Assembly: GCA_977017575.1 (NCBI GenBank)
Contig: CDRNVI010000206.1
Span: 1 to 43,380, forward strand
Length of the DNA stretch: 43,380 nt
Origin: Paramoeba atlantica
Lineage: Eukaryota; Protista; Discosea
Direction: 5' to 3'
The position numbers and the translations under genes were made by a program. Position 1 is the stretch's first letter. The number at the start of each line of letters is the position of its first letter. The notes beneath the pieces are model-generated. The model searched no databases. It was given only the letters and a program-made list of their open reading frames with translations, and was not told the DNA's origin. This document shows positions 1-12,144 of the stretch, piece by piece.

Positions 1-698
1 CCTAAACCCTAAACCCTAAACCCTAAACCCTAACCTAAACCCTAAACCCTAAACCCTAAACCCTAAACCCTAAACCCTAAACCCTAAACCCTAAACCCCC
101 TAAACCCTAAACCCTAAACCCTAAACCCTAAACCCTAAACCCTAAACCCTAAACCCTAAACCCTAAACCCTAAACCCTAAACCCTAAACCCTAAACCCTA
201 AACCCTAAACCCTAAACCCTAAACCCTAAACCCTAAACCCTAAACCCTAAACCCTAAACCCTAAACCCTAAACCCTAAACCCTAAACCCTAAACCCTAAA
301 CCCTAAACCCTAAACCCTAAACCCTAAACCCTAAACCCTAAACCCTAAACCCTAAACCCTAAACCCTAAACCCTAAACCCTAAACCCTAAACCCTAAACC
401 CTAAACCCTAAACCCTAAACCCTAAACCCTAAACCCTAAACCCTAAACCCTAAACCCTAAACCCTAAACCCTAAACCCTAAACCCTAAACCCTAAACCCT
501 AAACCCTAAACCCTAAACCCTAAACCCTAAACCCTAAACCCTAAACCCTAAACCCTAAACCCTAAACCCTAAACCCTAAACCCTAAACCCTAAACCCTAA
601 ACCCTAAACCCTAAACCCTAAACCCTAAACCCTAAACCCTAAACCCTAAACCCTAAACCCTAAACCCTAAACCCTAAACCCTAAACCCTAAACCCTAA
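1..698. repeat. Telomeric repeat array (CCCTAAA)n / (TTTAGGG)n, left chromosome end
   Basis: About 99 tandem CCCTAAA units from base 1, C-rich on the + strand as expected for a left end. Two variant units occur near positions 28-39 and 96-104. The array ends abruptly at ...AAACCCTAA|TTAGAGGAGG. Confidence 0.99.
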
Positions 699-3600
699 TT
701 AGAGGAGGAGAATAAAAGAAAACAAAACATGAAAACAAACTGTTTCATATAACAGTTATGCAATGATTGTGGTGGTGATTAATGTGGCAATCCCAACTTC
801 AAACCCAAAGAGAGACCAAAAAAAAAAAGACAGCGAGAAAGGTATCCTATCAGTGGGTCCCTTCTCAAACGGAGGACTGGAGAAAGAGAGAAAAAGAAAG
901 AAAGGGGTTTAGTTGAATGGAGGGAGAAAAGGGAGGAGGGGTGAACACAAAGAAGGGGAGGGAGAATAAAAGAAAACAAATATCAAAAACAAACACTAAA
1001 ACCAATGTGATTCGCAACAACAATGTGACAATGGTGTGGAGGCAGTGATAAAAGGTTTCAAATTGTTGATTAAATATGTCACCGATAATCTCAGCGAACT
1101 GGAGAAAGAGAAAAAAGAAAGGATTTTTTAGTTAAAAGGAGAGAGGGGAGAAAAGGAGACAAGGGAGGGGGGGGGAGAACACAAAGAAGGGGAGAATAAA
1201 AGAAAACAAGTATGTGAAAAACAAACACAAAACTGATGATTCACAACAACAATGCGATGATGGTGGCAGTAGTAATCCAGGGCATATTTGTAAAGCACTC
1301 TACTGATTTAACAAACAATCTCTCGAGATTGATAAATCGATGTCCATTCACCTTGCAATCCGACACATAATCACTTTTGCGCAACAACATTCCAAGAGCT
1401 CTCTGCAACACAGTTGCTTGATCGTCACTCTAATGTTGTTGTCATTTTGATTATTGCATTGTGAAGAATCTTTTCTTCTGATACAAACCCTATATGCAAA
1501 AGTTTCAGAAGCTACTCTCTTTCCTTTAAAGAAATCATCACCACCCGAACCTTCTTCCTTTGCTCCCCTCACCCTTCCCTCTCTTTTCTTCTAAAAAGAC
1601 CAAAAAAAAAAAAAAAACCTCTTTGTGTGAAGAAGAAATCAGCAACAAACACACTCAATATTCCCTCTCTCCTCCTTTGTTGGTGTTGGTTATTGAGTTG
1701 TTCTCATTGTTGTCACACGTTTTATCACGTCCTCTTTTTTTGTTGGAAAGAGAGAAAAAGAAGGAATTCCCAATTAAATAATCTTTTTCCTCTAGGCCAA
1801 ATACGCAAGTTTGCAAATCTCCAAAGGATTAGTGGCAAATAAAAATTATCTCAATAAATTAATACCAAAAATAATTTTCTCATTACCAAGAATTTTCTTG
1901 ATTTGCTACCAGACCCAAAGTACTGAAATTATTCAACAGAAAACACCCAATTTTTTGGTCGATTGAATGACTGAACTTTTTTCAGGAAACTGAAAAGGGA
2001 AAGAAAAGAAAAAAGAAGGGATTAGTAATGTGTGTTACTATAGAGGAGGGAAATACAAAGAAGGAAGAGAATAAAAGAAAACAAACAAAAAAAAGAAAAC
2101 AAACACAAAACACTATAATTCACAACAACAACGATAATTGGTCAAGATGAAAAAATTATCGCTTCAAATCTTATCAATTAAAACCCAACAAACACACACA
2201 CAGGCGAGAGAGAGAGAACTCTGGAGAAAGAGAAAAGAGAAAAGATTAGTGTTAAAAAAGGAAGGAAGGGGAGGAGGGAAAGGAGAGGGATAAAATGAAT
2301 GTGGCAATCTTTATAATACATGCACACATCATTGATATTTGACAAACAACCTCTCAATAATCGATAAATTAGGGTGTCCATTCACCTTGCAATCCAACAC
2401 ACAAACACTTTCGTGCACACTCTCAACACTCTCCAAGAGTGTGCTTTGGGAGAGCAAAACGTAGCCAGGACCAAAAAATGGAGCCCACACCAGCAAGTTA
2501 GAGAAAGGCACTGGTTTGTCAAAGTAAAATCATGCACAGTTAATCCCAACTACTTCCAGGAGGAAACTCACGGGGGTTCCAGAGTTCCATCGAAAAATCC
2601 CAACTTCAAACCCAAAGAGAGACAATCAAAAAAAAAAAAACAGCGAAAAGGGTGTCCCCCCCTTGGTGTGTCCCTTCTGAGAAAAACAGAAACTGACTGG
2701 AGAAAGAAAGGAGTTTTATTGAATGGAGGGGGAAATATGAGGGGAAAAACACAAAGAAAAAGAATCAAAGAAAACATATATGACCAAAAACAAACACTAA
2801 AACCCAATGAAATTCACAACAACAACAACATGATGGTGGAAGTGGGGTGATAGAGCACAGAGCAGGGGGCATCCTCCGACAAACTCAACAATCAGACATT
2901 TACAAAAACAAACTCTCGGTTTAAGTTCTCCTTTTATATTAAGAATTCTATGAATTTCCAACAAACATCTTAACAACAAAGGAACAATACAACAGCAATT
3001 TGTGATGAAACACAAATAAAGACCATCCAAAATGCTCCCTAAACCCTTTTGGGAAAACCCGAAGGAAACACACAAAACAACACATCAAATCAGGAAGCAT
3101 CTTTGTGAGTCGCAACACACACACACACTTTGATATTTTTAACAAACAATCTTTTGATATATTGATAAAGGGTTTAGGGTGTCCATTCACCTTACAATTG
3201 GTGGGGGGAGGGGATGTGGCAGGAAGGAACTAAAAGGGAAAGAGAAAAGGAAAAGATTAGTGTTCAAAGGAATGAGGGAGGGAGAGAGGGGGGAAAAGAG
3301 GAAGAGAATAAAAGAAAACAAACATGAAAACAAAATGATTCATATTTAACAGTTATGCAACAATGGTGGTGGAGATCAATGGCAATCTTTGTGACATATT
3401 TGATAAACAATCTCTTGATATATTGATAATATTGGTGTCCATTCACTTTGCAATCCAACACACAAACCCTTGTCAATTAAAACTTCACAAACCCTGATGA
3501 GAACTGAAAGAGAAAAGAGAAAAGAGAAAAGAGAAAAGAGAAAAGAGAAAGGATTTCGTTCAGTTCAATGTAAGGGGGAAAAGGGAAGAAATACAAAGCA

Positions 3601-5820
3601 AAACAAAAACAAAACAAAAACAAAAATAAAACCAATGAATTTTACAACAATATATTATTATAGAAGTGGTGGATCAATCAAAACAAAAAAAAAAACAGAG
3701 AACTGCCAGTTCAAAAAACAGAAAAAGAGAGAGAAAAAACCAGATGATTGTTTGGGGCTTTTGAAAAATTATTGTCGAATATTTTAGGAATAACACGTCG
3801 TGAAACAGCAGCACACTTCCGGAACACAAGAAGTCAAGAAATTATCCAACAATAACAATGACATTTCTTTTTTTTTAAAAAAAAACATAATCAGGAAAAA
3901 AGAGAGAAAAGAGAGGGAAAAGAGAGGGAAAAGAGGAAAGAAAAAGAAAACCAGAAAAGGAGAGTGAACACACACCAACAAAGCCTTTGAAGAAGAGAAA
4001 CATGATTCTTTTTTTTAACAAATATATTTACTTGCTGATTACAAAACTCATTTCCCTTCGAAAAAAAAATCAGTTTGGAACGACAATTAAAAGAAAAGAA
4101 AAAGAAAGAGAAAGAGGAAAAAGAAGAAAAGAAAGAAAAGAAAAGAAAACCGAAAAAAACATTGTAAAAACTGTTCAAACTAAGGAAACAAAATTTTAGA
4201 ATCTTATTTGGTGAGGAGAAAGAGAACAAAAAGGACACCAAGAGGAGGGGGTAGGAGAAAACAAAAAGAAAACAGAAACAAAAAAGAAATGATCCATCAA
4301 TTGTCAAACGAATGGAGAGAAAAGAGAGAGAAAAGACAGTCAAACCAAAAAAAATCAAAACAACCACCTTTTATCACGAAAAGGAGGGGGGAACACAAAA
4401 GGAGGAGGAAAATAAAAGAAAACAAAAAAAAAGAAAACAAACACCAAACACCATGATTCGCAACAACGATAATTGGTAACAGCGAGATATTATTGCTTCA
4501 AACCTTATCAATTAAAACCCCAACAAACACCCACAAAGAGAGAGAGAGAACTCTGGAGAAAGAGAAAAGAGAAAAGATTAGTGTTAAAAGGAATGAGGGG
4601 GAGAGAGGGAGGAAAAAGAGGAAGAGAATAAAAGAAAACAAACCCTTCATATAACAATGCAACGATGGTGGTGGAGATCAATGGTTTCTTTGTGACACAC
4701 TGATATTTGACAAACAATCTCTCTTAATATTGATGTAATTCAACACACAAACACTTTTGCACGCAACAACAACACTCCCCAAGAGCTCTTTGCAATACAA
4801 CAGCAAAGTGTATTACTTGATCATCACCCAAAACCCTTTCAATCAAGACCCACATCTTGAATGTGGGAATAGCAGCAGCAGTAATAAGTGGTTTTAAAAT
4901 CCTTATCAATTAAAACACCTCACAAACCCTGATGAGAACTGAAAGAGAAAAGAGAAAAGAGAAAAGAGAAAAGAGAAAAGAGAAAAGAGAAAAGAGAAAA
5001 GAGAAAAGAGAAAAGAGAAAGGATTTCGTTCAGTTTGACAGAAGAAATACAAAACAAAACAAAAACAAAACAAAAACAAAAACAAAACCAATGAATTTTA
5101 TAATAATATATTATCGAGGTGGTGGATCAATCAAAACAAAAAAAAAACAGAGAACTGCTAGTTCAAAAAACAGAAAAAGAAAGAAGAAAGAGAGAGAAAA
5201 CCAGATGTTGTTTGGGGTTTTTGAAAAATTATTGTCGAATATTCGGAACAACACACGTCGTGAAACAGCAGCACACTTGTGTAACACAAGAAGTCAAAAA
5301 ATCATCCATCAACAATGATGACATCTCTCTCTTTTAAAAAAAACATAATCAGGAAAAAAGAGATAAAAGAGAGAAGGAGAGAGGAAAGATAAAAAAAAAC
5401 CAGAAAAGAGAGCGAACACACAATAACAACAAAGCCATTGAAGAAAAGAAATACGATTCTTTTTTTTTTAACAAATATATTTATTTCCTGATTACAAAAC
5501 TCATTCTCCCTTTGAAAAAAAATCAGTTTGGAACGACCAATTAAAAGAAAAGAAAAAAGAAAAGAGAAAAAAGAAGAAATGAAAGAAAAGAAAAGAACGG
5601 AAAAAAACTTGGTAAAAACTGTTCGAACCAAGGAAACAAAATTTCAGAATCTTATTTGGTGAGGAAAAAGAGAACAAAAAGTGCACCAAGAGGAGGGAGC
5701 AGGAGGAAACAAAAAGAAAACAGAAACAAAAAAGAAATGATCCATTGTCGATCAAACGAACGGAGAGAAAAGAGAGAGAAAAGACGGTCAAACCAAAAAA
5801 AACAAAACGACCACCTTTTC
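699..5820 (-). pseudogene. Degenerate array of exon/intron-like modules (unassignable pseudogene or subtelomeric repeat family)
   Basis: About 9 recurrences of a minus-strand donor-like GTTTGTTTTCTTTTATTCTC and acceptor-like TTTTCTCTTTCTCCAG pair, roughly 90-110 nt apart. A shared core GTGTCCATTCACCTTGCAATCC occurs at ~1340, 2375, 3180 and 3435. No sustained reading frame was found. Confidence 0.35.
3470..5820 (+). repeat. Older tandem duplication inside the duplicated block (two units, period ~1.43 kb)
   Basis: TCAATTAAAAC..CACAAACCCTGATGAGAACTGAAAGAG occurs at ~3473 and ~4908, followed by ~900 bp of colinear homology. The same pair is present in copy B at ~28523 and ~30840. Confidence 0.85.
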
Positions 5821-6051
5821 ACACGAAAAAGCAATTCATCATTTATTTTTAGCACTCTAAAATATACGTCAGTCTTTTTACTACCTTTCGGCTTTGGAGT
5901 AGATGAATTTTTATATTTTATTTTTTTATGTCTTTTTCAATAAAACGAAAATAACAAAAATACTCACAAGAAAATCTGATTCGATATTTTGCCACCCAAA
6001 AATCTTTTATTTTTTGTATTTTTTTTTGTTTTTCGCCTTGAAAAACATGCT

Positions 6052-8870
6052 GTTGCTTGTTCGAGGGGGATGGAGGGAGTCGCGGTCAGGGGGGCAAAGG
6101 GAAAAGACTTTTTTTGCTTCTTTCAAACAATTCTTTTTTTGTTTTCTTTGTGTGTGTAAAAAAAAGAGAAAAAGAGTTGATCTTGATGAGGTGAGAGATC
6201 GCTTCAAAGACCACACGCGGAGAGAGGAAGAAAGAATTGTGGTGTGGATTGCTCAGAACTCAGAACATTATCCCTCCCCTATGTGATCAGGTTTTCTTCT
6301 TTGTTTCCTCTCAGTGTTTTTTTTTTTTTTGTCCTTTCTCTCCTCTTTTCCCCCCTTTTTTTTTTGGTTTTTGATCTCTTTTCCTTTTGTTTGTGTGTCT
6401 TTTGTTTGTGTGTGTCTTTTGTTTGTGTGTCTTTTGTTCGCCACCCTAAATCCTTGTTTTTCACACTTGTTTTCGTCATGTTTATTTTTCCTTTCTTGGG
6501 TATCATGATGGATGAGGCTTGAGATGCGGTTCTCTTCATCCTTTTGTTTGTCTTGTCTTTTTTATTTGTTCTTCTTTCTTTGTTCTTTTGTTCGTTCTTT
6601 TCTTTATTGTCTTTTTGTGTCCTCTTTGCTCTTCCTTTTCCCCCTTTTCCCCCTTCCCTTTCACTCTCCCTTCCCTAAACCCTTTTCTGTTGCGAACCCC
6701 TACCTTGTTCTGTTGTCTTCTATTCATTTTGAAGTCTTTCTCACTCCTCTTTCCTGTCGAATCTCCCCCTGGTTGATTCTCCCCTCTTCTGTTTTTCTAC
6801 TGTCTCCTTTCTTATCTTTTCCTCAAAAATTTGTTTTCTCACTTTAATTGTTCTTTCTTATTTGGAGTGTTTTCCTCTTTTGTGTTTTTCCCTCTCTTTT
6901 GTCTTTCGTTGGTGCTTTGTGCTCCTTCAACCCTGCCTACTGTGTTTTGATTCATCCTTTTGTTTTTTGCCACATTTGATTTTTTTCTGTGTTTTCTCTC
7001 TTTGAATATTTTCTCTTTTGTTCAAAACCCTATTCTTTCTTTTGTTGTTGTTCCTTTTATTTGATATAAACCACACCTTCTGCTTTTTCGATTTGATCTT
7101 TGGATTGACTTTCGTTTATTGTTTTGTTGTTTTTCTGTGGAGATCTCATCAATCCTGACATTTTCCCTTTCCCCTCCCCCCAAATCTTCACTTCCCCCTC
7201 TTTTCCTTTTCTCTTTTGTTGATATCTCCCCATCTTTACTCTAATAACCTTATTCTCTCTCTTCTCTCTTTCTAAACCTTTTTTTCTTTCAATAGAGTGT
7301 AGTTGTGGGGCAGAGGAAGTTTTTCTCCTAATTTGTCATCATTGCAATCTTTTTCTCTTTCTTTTTTTTCAATCTCTTTTTTGCAAGTACTTTTTTCTTT
7401 TTTTTTTCATTTTTTCTTTCTCTTTCTCTCTTTTAAAGAAATAAAATAGAATGATCAATTATTGCTTGTTCGGGGGAGGGTGATGGAGGGAGTCAAAGTT
7501 AGGGGGGTGGCAAGGGGAAGAGACTTTTTTTTGCTTCTTTCATCAAACAACTCTTTTTTTGTTTTCTTTGTGTATGTAAAAAAAAGAGAAAAAGAGTTGA
7601 TCTTGATGAGGTGAGAGATTGCTTCAAAAACCACACGCGGAGAGAGAGGAAGGAAGAATTGTGGTGTGGATTGCTCAGAACATTATTCCTCCCCTATGTG
7701 ATCAGGTTTTTCTTCTTTGTTTCCTCTCAGTGTTTTTTTTTTTGTTTTGGTCCTTTCTCTCCTCTTCTCCCCCTTTCCTTTTTTTTTTGGGTTTTTGATT
7801 TCTTTTCCTTTTGTTTGTGTGTCTTTTGTTTTCTTTTATTCACCACCCTAAACCCTTGTTCGTCACACTTGTTTTCGTCATGTTTATTTTTCCTTTCTTG
7901 GGTATCATGATGGATGAGGCTTGAGATGTGGTTCTCTTCATCCTTTTGTTTGTCTTGTCTTTTTTATTTGTTCTTCTTTCTTTGTTTTTTTGTTCGTTCT
8001 TTTCTTTATTGTCTTTTTGTGTCTTCTTTGCTCTTCCCTTTTTCCCTTTTTCCCTTTTTCCCCTTTCCCTTTCCCCCTTATTCTGTATTTCAAATCTTTA
8101 CCTTGTTCTGTTGTCTTCTATTCATTTTGAAGTCTTTCTCACTCCTCTTTCCTGTTGAATCTCCCCCGTCGATTCTCCCCTCTTCTCCTTTCTTATCTTT
8201 TCCTCAAAAATTTGTGTTTTCTTCTCACTTTGATTGTTCTTTCTTATTTGGAGTGTTTTCCTCTTTTGTGTTTTTCCCTCTCTTTTGTCTTTCGTTGGTG
8301 CTTTGTGCTCCTTCAACCCTGCCTGCTGTGTTTTGATTTATCCTTTTCTTTTTTGCCACATTTGATTTTTTTCTGTGTTTTCTCTCTTTGAATATTTTCT
8401 CTTTTGTTCAAAACTCTATTCTTTCTTTTTTTCTTTTGTTGTTCCTTTTATTTGATATAAACCACACCTTCTGCTTTTTTTCAATTTGATCTTTGGATTG
8501 ACTTTCATTTATTGTTTTGTTGTTTATTTTCTGTGGGGATCTCATCAATCCTCTGACATTTTCCCTTTCCCCCCCTCCCCTCCCCCCCCCCAAAATCTTC
8601 ACTTCTCCCCTCTTTTCCTTTTCTCTTTCGTTGATATCTCCCCATCTTTACTCTAATAACCTTATTCTCTCTTTTCTCTCTTTTTAAATCTTTTTTTCTT
8701 TCAATAAAGTGTAGTTGTGGGGCAGAGGAAGTTTTTCTCCCCAAATTTGTCGTTGTTGCAATCTTTTTCTCTCTCTTTTTTTTCAATCTCTTTTGCAAGT
8801 ACTTTTTTCTTTTTTTTTCATTTTCTTTTCTCTTTCTCTCTTTTAAAGAAATAAAATAGAATGACCAATT
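6052..8870 (+). repeat. Tandem duplication of a ~1.41-kb unit (6052-7461 and 7462-8870), present once in copy B
   Basis: Both units begin TTGCTTGTTCG.GGG and contain GAGTTGATCTTGATGAGGTGAGAGAT and GGGTATCATGATGGATGAGGCTTGAGATG. Copy B has one unit at ~31955-33350. Confidence 0.92.
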
Positions 8871-9199
8871 GCTGCTGCTGCTGTATTGTTGTTGTGGTCA
8901 GATGTCAACTATCACCCCATCTGCCTCTCCCCGAACAAAAATATTATTGCTTTTTGGAGTCATTTTTGAGTGCTGCTAAATCAGATTTACTTCTTTTATG
9001 GTAATTAGTTGTTGTTGATTAATTATTTATTGTTCTTTGTTTGTTCTTTGTGTGAAATTCTTATATATGAAAATTATTAATATTTTGGGGATGATTATTT
9101 ATTGTTAATATTTAACATATTATTTTTCTGTTGTATTATCAATCCATTTTTATTAAGGTTTTGCTTTCATATATTTGTTGCTTTTGAATAATATAACAC

Positions 9200-9759
9200 C
9201 TCTCTTTGTTTTGGTTTGATTCCTGGTTGGTTCTTATTTTTTAATTTTTTATTTTTTTTTTGGGAGTCAAAATCCAGACTTTTGATCAATTTATTTTTGG
9301 GTTCAATTTTTGATTGGTTCATATTTTTTTTTTTTAATTTTTTTTGGGGAGTCAAAATCCTTCTGTGACGAGAATTTTGATTGATTTATTTTTGGGTTCA
9401 ATTCTTCATTGGTTCATATTTTTTTTTTAATTTTTTTGAGGAGTCAAAATCCTTCTGTGACGAGAATTTTGATCAATTTATTTTTGGGTTCAATTCTTCA
9501 TTGGTTCATATTTTTTTTTTAATTTTTTTGGAGAGTCAAAATCCTTCTGTGACGAGGAATTTGATCAATTTATTTTTGGGTTCAATTCTTCATTGGTTTA
9601 TATTTTTTTTAATTTTTTTTTGAGGAGTCAAAATCCTTCTGTGACGAGGATTTTGATCAATTTATTTTTCGTTCAATTCTTAATTGGTTCACATTTTTTT
9701 TAATTTTTTTTTGAGGAATCAAAATCCTTCTGTGACGAGACTTTTGATCGATTTATTTT
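9200..9759. repeat. ~92-bp minisatellite, about 5.5 copies
   Basis: GAGTCAAAATCC recurs at 9264, 9349, 9441, 9533, 9625 and 9716 (variant), followed by TTCTGTGACGAG..TTTTGATCAATTTATTTTTGGGTTCAATTC. A residual partial unit lies at ~10343-10390. Confidence 0.95.
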
Positions 9760-10342
9760 CACACCAGGCTGGCTAAACCCGATGCACCTTGAGTCATGAA
9801 TTTATCAATCATCCAAATCAACCCTGTTTATTTCTTTCAAACCTGCAAAAAAAATCATGTCCATATCAGTTTTTTTGGTTTTTTTTTTTGATTCACCACT
9901 CTTTTTTGTTTTTTTCTTGTGTTTTGAGTTTCAGAAAAGTTGAAAGATGAGAGAGAAACAAGATTTGTTCTTCTTTTTTTCAAGTTTTTTTTGTAAGCTT
10001 TGTTTTTTTGGTTTGGGAGTCTTCTTGTATCTTCTTGTGTTTTTTTCTTTCATTTTTTTATCTTTTCAGGAGAAAACAAGGTTTTTGTGTTTTTTGAAAT
10101 TCTGAAAATGAATTTTTTTTTGTGTTTGGCTGGATTCTGGGTATTTTGTTTTTTGGAATTCTGAAAAAGAAAGATTGTTTTTCAGAATTCTAATTTTCAA
10201 AGGTTTGTCCAAAATTGAGTTGGAACTGGTTATTTGCTAAGGTGGAACTTTTTTTTTGAGGCCTTGAATGAAAGTGATGGGGTTAGTTTGGATGATTGAT
10301 AAATTCACAACTCGAAGTGCATAGTTTAGCCAGCTTGGAGTG
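9760..10342. mobile_element. MITE / non-autonomous DNA transposon (583 bp) with ~63-bp TIRs and CAC...GTG termini
   Basis: The left end CACACCAGGCTGGCTAAACCCGATGCACCTTGAGTCATGAATTTATCAATCATCCAAA matches the reverse complement of the right end CACTCCAAGCTGGCTAAACTATGCACTTCGAGTTGTGAATTTATCAATCATCCAAA, with a perfect 21-nt core. It interrupts a 92-bp minisatellite unit. No clean TSD was found. Confidence 0.82.
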
Positions 10343-10689
10343 ATTGGTTTATATTTTTTTTTTTTTTTTTGGAGAGATCAAAAATCCTTCATTTTTTTTC
10401 TTTTTTTTTTCTCATATTATTTTTTTTTTATTTAAAGGTGAATTATTGAGTGAACTTTATGGATTTCACTTTTCTTCTTGTTATGTTAAACTGTTTTGCT
10501 TTTTCTTCTATTGTATTAATTGAACCTTATGTTGGTTACTATTATCAAAAGAAAGAGAAGAATAGATTAAAATCTTTTCTATTGTATTATTTCCTTTTTT
10601 TTTATGTTTTTTGTTGACCTTTTTTTTGTTTAAATTTTTTTCTTCTTTCTTTTTTCTTTCTTTAAATCCTTCTTATTTCTGTTTTTTTT

Positions 10690-10958
10690 AAAAAAATAAT
10701 AAATAATTTTTCAAAATAAATTAAATGAATTTATTTTTTCAATTTTTTTAAGAAACCATTTTCTTTCTCTTACAACCATTTATTTTAAATAAAAATCTTT
10801 TCTTTAAAGAAAAATAAAAAAAAAGAAGAAATTCTAAGTTGCAGGAAAACCTAATGTTGCAAAAAGACTTTTAAAAAAAAATATTGATTTAAAGGGAGTA
10901 AAGAGCCTAAACCTATAAAATAATAGGTTGAACTGGGCAAGAGCTATAAACCCTAAAA
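10690..10958 (+). repeat. Diverged paralog of 35395-35600 (older extension of the segmental duplication)
   Basis: Shared blocks TTCAAAATAAATT, GAAGAAATTCTAAGT, AAAGGGAGTAAA and GGGCAAGAGCTATAAACCCTAA occur in the same order at both sites. Confidence 0.75.
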
Positions 10959-11169
10959 AAAATCCTGCTCAAATCAAGGCAATGCGGTTTGAACCTGTTG
11001 CCCCCTATGTGGCTGGAAGGTCACCGTAACTGTCACAGGATTTTCTGCTGTTGGAGGTTCATCAGATCCCAGAATGCGAGCAGCATGTTCACCAGCTGTG
11101 CGGTCTGAGTTTTCATAATATCCACGAGCAACCTGCTCGCTGGTCTAGCCTCCACATACCATCAACTGG

Positions 11170-12112
11170 TCATTTTATGCTGGTTATTTTCTTCACCAAT
11201 TTTGCGACATATCCTTTCCCAAGGTGTTGAGCAGCAAATTTTTCTTGGTGTCTATTCCATTTCCACCACAAACGAGTACCATCAGGAATTAATTCCAAAT
11301 GATCAATCATTGTGTCGACTGGAATAAAGCTACCGAGAACAGGGATAACCACCTTTGTCTTTGACAACACTTTTGATTTTGAACACCTCTTCAGTGTGAA
11401 AGAGACACTTCCATTTTTCTTGAATTTCATAAGATTACGGTCGATTTCAATAACTTCCACACTTTGGGCCAATCCAAAGAATGAAAACATTGTCAACAAA
11501 GCATCTTGAAGTCTTCTCCTGGAGTAATTCCATGATTTATATACTGTTTGATCTCATCCACCAAGAAAACCACCTTCTTTTTTGGCTCATATCCTACTGT
11601 CTCTCCTTTCAACATTTGATTTAATCGATGAGTTTCAGAGAAGTCAATCGCATATTTACACAAAATGTAGCGTTTTACGAGCGAGAGCACCAGGAAGAAC
11701 GAACTCAGACTGTATACACAATCTCTGTTCTGATGGGCCAACACAAACAAATACTTTTGGTAAAACTTGATCAACAAGTCTTCATTGATGATATAATCCT
11801 TTTCTTGTTCGTCATTCTTCTTATAAAATTTTGTCAAAAAGTCTTCGAATCAGCTTGCCACAGTTAAGAAAGCTTTTCGGGTTGCCTGAGGTCCATTCAC
11901 CACACCATTCAGATAGAATGACGGGTAGAATCAAAGTGAAAAGAGTCCCAATCCTTTGATCAGAGTGACACAACAAGTGGGTTTTCCACTCTTCATGCAG
12001 GGTTCATCTCTTGGAAAATGAAAAAATGCCCCACGGTCTTTTCTTTGTCATCACACAATCGTCCCAAAACAGACTCAAACCAATCGAAATACACTATATT
12101 TATTGCTCTCAT
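11170..12112 (-). pseudogene. Degenerate ORF, possibly Ulp1/C48 cysteine-protease-like (transposon cargo type)
   Basis: Frameshifted and stop-interrupted pieces: MRAINIVYFDWF..., TCCVTLIKGLGLF/HFDS (~11930-11975) and AHQNRDCVYSL (~11710-11735). These resemble the HW-x-L-V...YDS and Q-x-N-x-x-D-C-G-V-Y motifs of Ulp1. ORFs 11493-11837 and 11170-11499 continue the remnant. Motif resemblance only. Confidence 0.33.
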
Positions 12113-12144
12113 TTTTCCTAGCTTCAAAATTCAATAAAATGTTG

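Larger units (their letters stand above)
699..9020 (+). repeat. Subtelomeric segmental duplication, terminal copy (A)
   Basis: Colinear, same-orientation match to 25739-33470 with scattered substitutions and indels. Examples: GAGGAGAATAAAAGAAAACAAAACATGAAAACAAACTGTTTCATATAAC at ~705 and ~25746; the match ends at GTAATT..GTTGTTGA at ~9018 and ~33470. Confidence 0.96.

Noticed and set aside
28-104. Two variant telomere units (a 2-nt loss near 33 and CCCCCTAAA at 96-104)
   Set aside because: They lie at the distal read end, where homopolymer errors are likely; they cannot be distinguished from sequencing error.
9200-9759. Regularly spaced repeats as a CRISPR-like array
   Set aside because: The whole unit is repeated with no unique spacers and the context is eukaryotic; it is a minisatellite.
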